Origin: Scyliorhinus canicula
Taxonomy: Eukaryota
Length of the DNA: 64,000 nucleotides
Direction: 5' to 3'
Assembly: GCF_902713615.1 (NCBI RefSeq)
Contig: NC_052157.1
Coordinates: 61,158,146 to 61,222,145 of the forward strand
The first letter of the stretch is position 1. Each line of letters starts with the position of its first letter. The notes under the pieces were generated by a model. That model was not told the DNA's origin and made no database searches. It saw nothing but the letters and a program-made list of their open reading frames with translations. Below are positions 1 through 9,247 of the stretch, in pieces. The translations under genes were made by a program, and so were the position numbers.

Positions 1-735
1 TGGGGTGCGTGTTTGGTGGGGTGGAGGGTGGGGTGGAGGGTGAGGTGGAGGGTGGGGTGCGGGGTTGGTGGGGTGGAGGTGGGGTGGAGGGTGGGGTGCG
101 GGGTTGGTGGGGTGGAGGGTGGGGTGGAGGGTGAGGTGGAGGGTGGGGTGAGGGGGAATGGTGGGGTGGAGGGTGGCTGCTTGGTTGGAGGGGTGGAAGG
201 TAGGGTGCGGGGTTGGTGGGGTGGAGAGTGGGGTGTGGGGTTGGTGGGTTGGAGGGTGGGGTGGAGGGTGAGGTGCGGGGTTGGTTGTGTGGAGGGTGGG
301 GTGCGGGGTTGGTGGTGTGGGGGGTGGGGTGCGGGGTTGGTGGGGTGGAGGGTGGGGCGGAGGGTGGTGTGGAGGGTGTGGTGTGGGGTTGGTCGGGTGG
401 AGGGTGGGGTGCGGGGTTGGTGTGGTGGAGGGTGGGGTTGGTTGGTGGGCTGGAGGGTGGGGCCGAGGGTGGGGTGTGGGGTTGGTCGGGTGGAGGGTGA
501 GGTGCCGGGTTGGTGGGTGGGAGGGTGGGGTTGGTGGGTGGGGTGGAGGGTGGGGTGGAGGGTGGGGTGCGGGGTTGTTGGGTTGGAGGGTGGGAATGGT
601 GGGGTGGAGGGTTGGGTGTGGGGTTGGTGGGGTGGAGGGTGGTGGTAGTGGGGTGCGGGGTTGATGGGGTGGAGGGTGGGGTTCGTGGGTGGGGTGGAGG
701 GTGGGGTGCGGGGCTGGTGGGGTGGAGTGTGGGGT
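1..735. repeat. G-rich degenerate minisatellite (unit about 28 bp, GGGGTTGGTGGGGTGGAGGGTGGGGTGC-like)
   Basis: Continuous GGG/GGGG tracts separated by T/A/C. The Gly/Val/Trp-rich ORFs here are repeat artefacts. Confidence 0.9.
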
Positions 736-967
736 GATGGGTCCCAATTGGCCGGTGTGACTCTGCACAACCATTGGCCACGATGGGTGGTAAGTGGGGT
801 TCGCAGCATGGTGGCTGACATACGGCCCATCCCCTGGTTATTCTCATCTACCCACCTACAGGGCTTGGCAGGGGCCCCCTACCGGCAGACCATGGTCATG
901 CCTCTGCGTGTCCTACCTCCATCCTCGCCCTCACCAGCCACGGTGCCTATTTCCTGATTTTCAAAAC

Positions 968-1273
968 TGTGGTGAATGTGATTCACACCGGATTATAACC
1001 TGTATATACATGTGTCTATATTGTAAGTGCAGTTGCACTATCTGACCTCCACGGGGAGTAGCTCTGGGAATACTTGAGAGTTGTACGGGGCTTCTCCCTT
1101 GGCTCCGCCCAGGACTCCTCCCCCGGGAGCTGGTGTATAAAGATCAGTGCCACAGGGTCAGCCGGCCAGTTCACCGAAAGTTCAACGGCTAACAGGCTGG
1201 CTCTGTTGTAAGTATATTAAAACCGCTATTCTAATCCTACAAGCACGTTTCTGTTGAATTGTTGGTTCCAACA
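968..1273 (+). repeat. 5' LTR of Gypsy element 1
   Basis: TATAAAG at 1136, Inr-like CCAGTTC at 1166-1172, ATTAAA at 1216-1221, terminal hairpin TGTTGG-TT-CCAACA. Confidence 0.95.
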
Positions 1274-1306
1274 ATTTAATATACTTAGGAAACAGTCGAA
1301 GAAATC

Positions 1307-2850
1307 ATGGAAGCAGCCCTCAAGCCCGGACGCCTAGAACTCGACCCACTGGATGCAGAGGCTAAGGAAACTTTTTCCCACTGGCTGAGATGTTTTAAAG
1401 CCTACCTGGCAGAAGCCAGCACCGCCGGAACAACGGAGGAACAAAAACTCAGCCTACTGCACGCGAGGGTAAGCCACAGAATCTCCACACAGCTGAATCC
1501 GGCCGGTTCTTACACCGCAGCGCTGGCAATACTGGACAAAATGTACGTTAGGCCCATTAACGAGGTTTATGCACGCCACGTGTTTACGACTAGCCGTCAG
1601 CGGCCTACAGAAACGTTTGCCGAATTTGTAAGGGAATTGAACAATTTTTCCAATGACTGTAATTATCAAGCCGTTAACGCGGCTGAACATAGGGAGCTTG
1701 CTGTGCGGGACGTTTTTGTTGCGGGCCTTAGGTCTAACTATGTGCGCCAAAGACTGCTAGAAAAGGGGGCCCAGGACTTAGACACACTGTGGAGGCTGCT
1801 ACCATTATGGAAGTCTCCTTCCGCAGCCTCACCTCGTTTCCCGCGTACCCCGCGACCCCATCGTGGACCCCCGACCAACAGTCCCCCCAGGCCTGTGCCG
1901 CACGGCCCCCCAGCTACCGCGCTGCCAAAGCCAGTTACTCTGCTGCCCCAGCCAGCTACTCAGCTGCCCCAGCCTGCCATTTCTGTGGACAAAGCCAGCA
2001 CCCGCGGCAGCACTGCCCAGCCCGATCCGCGACCTGCAGCAGCTGCGGGAAGAAAGGTCACTATGCCAGAGTGTGCATCGCGAAAAGGGCCCCAGTTTTT
2101 AACTCCCCTGCAGAGAGAACAAATCGCTCCAAACACCAGCGGGCCTGCGGGGCCAGAAACGCTGCGGCCTACGCCTCGACTCCGCCCCCTCCTGCCACGT
2201 GTGATCCATGGGGGCCGCCATCTTGGCAAACCCCTACCATGCGGCCGGCCATGTGCGACTCATGGGGGCCGCCATCTTCCTCGCTGCTCACCACGTGCGA
2301 TCCACGGGCCCCATCTCCATCGGCATGCTCAGAAAGCTCATCTGAAGGCTACGACTTCCTCGGGCACTCATCACGCGGCCCGCAACTCAACGCGGTCACC
2401 CTGGATCAATCCCGCCCCAAGCACCTACGAAGTTCGATGGCTGAGGTCCAGATCAACGGGTACAGCACGCCATGCCTCTTTGACTCCGGGAGCACCGAGA
2501 GCTTTATACATCCAGAACTGGTAAGACGCTGTTCGCTTTCTATTTTTCCGGTGAGCCAAACTATCGCCCTCGCTTCGGGCTCCCACTCAGTCCAAATCCA
2601 AGGACACACCGTCGCTACGCTCACAATTTGAGGCGCTAGTTATTCTAAATTTAAACTTTATGTCCTGCCTCACCTCTGCGCGCCACTCTTATTAGGCCTG
2701 GATTTCCAGTGCAACCTCAAGAGCCTCACCCTCAGCTTTGGCGGGCTCCTGCCCCCACTCACTATCTGCAGCCTAACCACACTGCGCATCTCCCCCCCTC
2801 CTCTCTTCGCCAATCTCACTCCAGATTGCAAGCCAGTAGCTACTCGCAGC
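1307..2850 (+). pseudogene. gag: Gypsy gag-protease, frameshifted
   Basis: MEAALKPGRLELDP N-terminus, frameshift near 1790, twin zinc knuckles CHFCGQSQHPRQHC and CSSCGKKGHYARVC, protease LFDSGSTESFI, in-frame TGA at 2629-2631, second frameshift near 2850. Confidence 0.9.
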
Positions 2851-4849
2851 AGTGATACAGCCTACAGGATAGGGTCTTTATCCGATCGGAGGTCCGACGG
2901 CTGCTCAGTGAGGGGATCATAGAGGCCAGTAATAGTCCCTGGAGAGCTCAGGTGGTGGTCGTCAAGACCGGGGAAAAATTTCGCATGGTCGTCGACGATA
3001 GCCAGACCATAAATCGCTTTACGCTCCTAGACGCGTGTCCCCTCCCCAGAATTGCAGACATGGTTAATCAGATCGCCCAATATCGGCTATTTTCCATGGT
3101 GGATCTGAAGTCTGCACACCACCAGCTCCCAATCCGCCTGGAGGACCGCCACTACACGGCGTTCGAGGCCGATGGCCGCCTCTTCCATTTCCTCCGGGTC
3201 CCTTTCGGCGTCACTAATGGGGTTTTGGTGTTCCAACGAGCGATGGACCGAATGGTAGACAAGTACGGGCTGCGGGGCACGTTTCCGTATCTGGACAATG
3301 TTACCTTCTGCGGCTATGACCAGCAGGACCACGACGCCAACCTCCACCGTTTTCTCCAAACGGCACAGAAATTAAATCTCACTTATAACAAGGAGAAATG
3401 CGTTTTCTGCACAAACAGACTGGCCATCCTCGGCTACGTCGTGGAGAACGGAGTCCTGGGCCCAGACCCGGACTGCATGCTCTTAGAACTCCCCCTCCCT
3501 CATTGCCCCAAGGCCCTCAAACGGTGCTTGGGGTTCTTTTCATACTACGCCCAGTGGGTCCCTCAATATGTGGACAAAGCCCGCCCACTCTTTAAGGCCA
3601 CACGATTTCCCCTGTCTGCTGAGGCGTGCCAGACCTTCAGCTGCATCAAGGAGGATATCGCCAAAGCGGTCATGCGGGCGGTGGATGAATCCACTCCCTT
3701 TCAAGTTGAGAGCGACCGGGGAAGCTCAACGAGCCCTCAGATGCCCTATCCCGCGGGACATGCGCCAGCGCGCAGATCAGCCATCTGAAAGCCATCCACG
3801 TGGACCTCTGCCATCCAGGGGTCACCCGGCTCGCCCACTACATCAGAGCCCGAAACCTGCCTTTCTCCAACGAGGAGGTAAAAGCGGTCACCAGGGACTG
3901 CCCGATCTGTGCGGAGTGCAAACCGCACTTCTATAGACCAGACAGGGCCCACCTGGTCAAGGCTTCTAGGCCCTTTGAACGCCTTGCGATCGATTTCAAA
4001 GGGCCACTCCCCTCCACTGACAAGAACATCTATTTCCTCAACATCATTGACGAGTTCTCCCGATTCCCTTTTGCCATTCCATGCCCTGATGTGACCTCCC
4101 TCACAGTCATTAGGGCCCTGCATAGTGTCTTCACCCTATTTGGTTTCCCCAGATACGTGCACAGCGACCGGGGTTCGTCCTTTATGAGCGACGAGCTGCG
4201 TCAGTACCTGCTCGACAAGGGCATCGCCTCGAGCAGGACTACCAGCTACAACCCCAGGGGGAACGGACAGGTGGAGAGGGAGAACGCGACCGTCTGGAAG
4301 ACCGTCCTACTGACCCTCTGGTCTAGAAAACTTCAAGTCTCCCAATGGCAAGAAGTCCTCCCAGACGCGTTCCATGCTATCAGATCCCTCCTCTGTACAG
4401 CTACAAATCAAACCCCTCACGAGCGACTCTTCATTTTTCCTAGGGGCACTACCACGGGAGTCTCACTTCCGGCGTGGCTGAGGACACCAGGCCTGGTCCT
4501 CCTGAGGAAGCATGTCAGGGGGCACAAAACTGACCCCCTTGTTGAAAAGGTGCGCCCCCTCCATTCCAACCCCCAGTATGCGTTCGTGGAGTTCCCGGAC
4601 GGTCGCCAGGACACAGTATCCCTTCGGGACCTGGCACCCGCTGGATCCAGCCCCCTCCCTACCCCCACTGAGGAACCCCTTACCCCGTTCCCTATGCTGC
4701 CGCCCCCTCGCGCCCCCGATTCCACAAGCTCACCCCACCGGTTCCATGCGCCAGAACCAGCCCGCCCCCAGCGCCCCCAGTCTCCGGTCGAGCCAGAGGT
4801 GTATAAAGCTCGGACAAGACCCGCCCCGGAGTCTACCATCGTACCCTAG
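2850..4849 (+). pseudogene. pol: Gypsy pol: RT, RNase H mostly deleted, integrase
   Basis: RT motifs SPWRAQ, PLPRI, VDLKSAHHQ, RVPFG and YLDN. RNase H start FQVESD is fused to RPGKLNEP near 3717. Integrase has HVDLCHPG, CPICAEC, IDFKGP, HSDRG and GQVER. Confidence 0.92.
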
Positions 4850-4988
4850 CTCTCAACACCCACCCAGCCACCGCAAGAGGCTGCAACCCCAGTGCTCCGC
4901 AGATCGAAAAGAACAATTCGTCCACCGGACAGACTAACTCTGTGAGCCACCACCTCCGCTGGACTCGATTTTTGTCACAGGGGGTGAA

Positions 4989-5294
4989 TGTGGTGAATGT
5001 GATTCACACCGGATTATAACCTGTATATACATGTGTCTATATTGTAAGTGGAGTTGCACTATCTGACCTCCAGGGGGAGTAGCTCTGGGAATGCTTGAGA
5101 GTTGTACGGGGCTTCTCCCTTGACTCCGCCCAGGACTCCTCCCCCGGGAGCTGCTGTCTAAAGATCAGTGCCACAGGGTCAGCCGACCAGTTCACCGAAA
5201 GTTCAACGGCAAACAGGCTGGCTCTGTTGTAAGTATATTAAAACCGCTATTCTAATCCTACAAGCACGTGTCCGTAGAATTGTTGGTTCCAACA
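4989..5294 (+). repeat. 3' LTR of Gypsy element 1
   Basis: About 96% identical to 968-1273. The TATA box is changed to TCTAAAG. Confidence 0.95.
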
Positions 5295-5610
5295 AAAACC
5301 ACAAGTGAAACATGCCATTCGGAATTCTTCCTGGCGGAGGTGGAGCATAGCGGAGACCCCGGAGAATACCGAGTCAGTCCTGCTAATGATATGAAGACAG
5401 CGTTTACTGTAAGTGTGGGGTAGAACGCATTGACGCCTCTGTCAATGCACCGCCGCATTCTGTTGGGTTCCCAGCCCTGATTTTGGCCTCATGACTGATT
5501 CTCCGCCTTTCTCAATTCCGGCGTTGGCCAACGACGAATCCCGTCTGTAGTTTCTGTTCACTCTTTCTTAGCGATAATAACCTTTGGAAGAAATTCTAAA
5601 ATGTGTTGAT

Positions 5611-5740
5611 GTGGGAGGGGCGGGTCTGGACTGTCCCATTGTGAGAGTGAGTCAGGGGAAGTGAGGAATAATGATCCAGCCTCTTGTCAGGAAAAGCCAT
5701 GTTAAAGACTGCTTTTCCCGGAAGGGATTTGAGTGAAACA
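5611..5740 (+). promoter_or_regulatory. Putative promoter of the B7-like gene (GC box, AP-1, ETS/PU.1, GAS)
   Basis: GGGGCGGG 5617-5624, TGAGTCA 5648-5654, GGGGAAGT 5655-5662 and TTCCCGGAA 5715-5723, all 250-360 bp upstream of the putative start codon. Confidence 0.5.
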
Positions 5741-5973
5741 AGAATCCAAGTGCCGGCTCCTGGGGAATTGTTCAGCTCACACCCGGGGGAGAGGAAAGAG
5801 AACTGGGTTGATCCACAACTCCCCCATATCTCCCTGCATGCTGCAGTTTTTGACCATTTCTCCATATGTATCATTCACAACACCAGCTTCAGTTGAGCAA
5901 CAATTTCATCTCCTCCTGTTCTCTCTGTGTCCTTCTGTCTTTCTGGTTCAGTGCTGTTCCCTGTGTGGAGCGA

Positions 5974-5994
5974 ATGGATGGAAAGGAGCTGCAG
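5974..5994 (+). CDS. B7-like gene, putative first coding exon (MDGKELQ)
   Basis: ATG at 5974 and donor CAG|GTACTG in phase 0, in frame with the signal-peptide exon. Confidence 0.5.
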
Positions 5995-6238
5995 GTACTG
6001 TCAGTGTCTCACACCCGGGGAGGAGGGGAGATCTGGGGGAAACTTTCCTTTATCTTCACCACCATTCTGCTCTTTACCCGGGCGAGTGGATGGAAAAGGA
6101 GCTGTGACTCCCTCAGTAAAGGCAGATCCAATCCCAACATCGAGCCCGCTGTCTCCCTGACATTGTGAAATCCCATCCGCAGATTCCATCCTTGTGGTGA
6201 ACTGGTGTAAAGGGGGTAACTGTGTTTTCTTGTTGCAG

Positions 6239-6296
6239 GGCCACAATTTAGACAAACTACTCCTGCTGCTGCTGAATGTTGTTGCTGCTGTTTCAG
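6239..6296 (+). CDS. B7-like gene, signal-peptide exon (GHNLDKLLLLLLNVVAAVS)
   Basis: Acceptor TTTTCTTGTTGCAG, donor CAG|GTAAGA, 58 nt, phase 0 to 1, hydrophobic Leu run. Confidence 0.78.
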
Positions 6297-6339
6297 GTAA
6301 GAGCTGTGACTGCTGGAACATTTCAGCAGTGATCAAAGG

Positions 6340-7300
6340 GTGGGGGGATCAGGAATTCATCTTGCTTTAAGGTGCTGTGTGTACCGCAAGTGGACCCATT
6401 GAGAGGGTGGACACGTTGAGCCGGATTCTCCTTCCAATGATGCCGGAATTGGGAAACGCGATAGGGCGGAGAATCGGTTTTGACGGTAAAATCGTGCCGG
6501 TGCTGTTTTCACCAGATTGTAGTTGTCCGGTGCCCCGACAGTCAATGTGTTCCAGTCCGCACCTGCAGTAAATGCCGTTGGAATATCATTAGGGGGCCTG
6601 ACCCGGTATTCTCCAGGGTCTCCGAGATTCTCCGCCTCCACTGGGGGATTTTCCAATGGCAAGGTTCACTTGTACTTTTAAAAATTGAGAAACAGGCACG
6701 GTGGCTGATGAGGGAGAGAGGGACGTAGGACACGAAAAGGCGTGGCCGTGTGCTGCAAGGCTGGCAACTGAGGCAGGGAGGGGGCCCTGCAAAAGCTGGG
6801 GGTGACATGGGGCGGGTGTGGGGCTGGCATGGCCCCCAACAGGATTGGGTGGTGTCCATTGCCACGGCTCCCCCCACCCCTTGCCACCCTCAACCCCACG
6901 GTCCGCCCTACTACCCTCCGCTACACCAGCGCACCCCCTCCCCCCCCAACCACCCATCACCCTCCGGCAGGACATCATTAGGGTTAGAGCAACACCCACA
7001 GTAGCCTCTACTGGGGGGCACAAGACAGGGACCGCAGAGTGCACAGCTGGCAAGGGCCGCGCAAGCTGAAGGTACCCCTGGCAGCAGGCATGGGTGCCAG
7101 GGCCGGAGCCCGCCCCCCAGTGCTCTGCAGCAATGGAGCCAGGAGTGCGGTGGACAGGGTGCCGGGGGGAACGGCTGGGGGTAGGTGTAAGGATGGCGGA
7201 GGAGGGGGGCATGCGGGGGCAGAGTTGGGCATGGGGTATGCACCATGCTAACATGTCGGCCTTTCTGCAGACAATGGATATTGGAATTTAACCAGCAATG
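6340..7300 (+). mobile_element. GC-rich non-autonomous repeat, probably Harbinger-derived
   Basis: Contains GGATTCTCC/GGAGAATC motifs. 6580-6730 is similar to 19836-19990. Confidence 0.5.
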
Positions 7301-8131
7301 ATGGTCTTCCATCATTATACATTAATTTGTATATTCATCCATTAATTTACATAGTTATCCATATTATCTCTGACAGCGGGTGGCGTTAGAGATCCACTAT
7401 GTGCCTCCAGAGAGCCGACAGTTTGTCGTAAATCGTACGAGAGGACAGTCACAATCGAAGTAGCCCCAGGAGAATTCTAATTATCCTACGAGTCAAAGAA
7501 TGAGATGTTCTGTGTGCATCTTTACCACGGCCACAAAACAGAACATAACAAAGTACCAACAGTGCAGATAACCACGGAGAAGATGGGACAAAACAGACTG
7601 AAGAAAGAAAAAAGAAAATTCTTACACTTACCTGGTAAGCGACTGGCAACTGGAACTCAACACACGGATGACTGTGACGTTAGAAATGGAAAGTCTGAAG
7701 GCACTTCACCAGCTTCAGGTCACCGGTAATGTGGACGAGAATTGGCGTGTTTTTCAGCAGCAATTCAAACTCTTCATTGCAGCCCTTCGCCTGCAGGGAC
7801 AGCCTGGGGAGAGGCATATTACGTTGCTGCTCACGGTAGCAGGACCTGAAGCCATCAAAATGTTTAATACCTTCACGTTCGACAGCGAAGCAGAAAGCAA
7901 AACCTTTAATGAAGTAATTAAACACTTTGATCGGCATTGCTTCACGAAAAAAAAGAAACGTTTGAGCGTTTTATCTTTCACACGCATACTCAGGAGGCAT
8001 GCAAATCTTTTCATTGTTTTCTCACCGACTTGGGATTGAAGGTGTGGGGTATTATCATAACTATCAGCATTGCAATGGTTAATGTAGTGTCAAGGTTAGC
8101 CACTAGAGGGAGCTACAGTTACAAGTATATT

Positions 8132-8465
8132 ATAGAATTTACACTGCAGAAGGAGGCCATTCGGTCCATCGAATCTGCACTGGCTCTTGGAAAGAGCATC
8201 CTCCCAAGACCACACCTTCATCCCATCCCCATAACCCCACCCAACACTAAGGGCAATTTTGGACACTAAGAGCAATTTAGCATGGCCAATCCACCTATCC
8301 TGCACATCTTTGGACTGTGGGAGGAAAGCAGAGCACCCAGAGGAAACCCACGCACACACGGGGAGAACGCACAGACTCCGCACAGACAGGGACCCAAGCC
8401 GGGAATCGAACCTGGGACCCTGGCGCAGTGAAGCATTTGTGTTAACCACTTTGCTACCATGCTGC
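8132..8465 (-). mobile_element. HE1-like tRNA-derived V-SINE
   Basis: B box GGTTCGATTCC and conserved V-domain (GGGTTTCCTCTGGGTGCTC...CCCACAGTCCAAAGATGTGC) on the minus strand, with a LINE-like tail. Confidence 0.9.
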
Positions 8466-9034
8466 AGGCTGTGATGCTGGACCTTAGGAGAGGAGTAATA
8501 AAGAGAGGCGTGAACGTATCATGGCAACGAAAAAGAAACAACAATAGACAAATCAAACCGCTGTCAAAACTTCGAAAAGGCGACTTTGTGAGAATTCAGA
8601 ATCCAGAAGGAAGCTAGCAACATGTTGCAAAAGTTCTGAAACAAGTCGCACCAAGGTCATACTTAGTAAAAACAGAACAAGGATCGCTGTTAAGGAGAAA
8701 CAAACGAGCGTGTCAAACATAGAGTTCAACCTCAGCTTTCAAATGTTGTACCAGGTAACATATTCAAGGAGCTTGCCTTTCCAGATCCTTACTTAGCACA
8801 GACACAGGAAGAAGATGTGGCAAAGCAATCAAACATCTTGAATATTCCATTGAGACGATCTACGAGAAGAAGACTGCCAGTGAGACTTAATTTGTGACGA
8901 CTGTATAATGAAACATTTGCTCATCTAAGTGATGTTTACAGTTATTTACGAATTAATGTACAGGATTATACTGAGTTTATGATTGTTACTAGCTAATAGT
9001 CAGAATTACACCTGTAAGGTAAGGGTTAAAAAAC

Positions 9035-9247
9035 AATAATAATAATCATAATGTTTTTTATTGTCACAAGTAGACTTACATTAACACTGCAATGAAGTTA
9101 CTGTGAAAAGCCCCTAGTCGTCACATTCTGGGGCCTGTTCGGGTACACAGAGGGAGAATTCAGAATTCTCAGCTGGTACGGGAATTGAACCCGCGCTGCT
9201 GGCCTTGTTTTGCATTACAAACCAGCTGTCTAGCCCACTGAGCTAAA
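9035..9247 (-). mobile_element. SINE of a second family (AAT-repeat tail)
   Basis: tRNA-like head (GGGTTCAATTCCCG). The body matches 17202-17497 and 35817-36120 in reverse. Confidence 0.75.

Larger units (their letters stand above)
968..5294 (+). mobile_element. Full-length but defective Ty3/Gypsy LTR retrotransposon (gag-PR-RT-RH-INT)
   Basis: 306-bp LTRs at 968-1273 and 4989-5294 (TG...CA, about 11 mismatches). TSD AAAAC at 963-967 and 5295-5299. Purine tract just before 4989. Gag, protease, RT and integrase motifs lie between the LTRs. Confidence 0.97.
736..5530 (-). mobile_element. GC-rich non-autonomous repeat (probably Harbinger-derived), split by the Gypsy insertion into 736-967 and 5295-5530
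   Basis: Joining the flanks across the AAAAC TSD gives sequence whose reverse complement resembles 6580-6730 and 19836-19990. Confidence 0.55.

Noticed and set aside
13-737. Gly/Val/Trp-rich ORFs up to 211 aa
   Set aside because: They are translations of a G-rich simple repeat that lacks A-rich stop codons, with no splice or domain support.
1790-2524. Pro-rich C-terminal half of the 405-aa ORF starting at 1307
   Set aside because: Out-of-frame read-through after a frameshift. The true gag-protease continues in the 1789-2631 frame.
8400-8465. SINE heads as tRNA genes (all copies)
   Set aside because: A/B boxes are present but are followed by the V-domain and a LINE-like tail, with no complete cloverleaf or pol III terminator.
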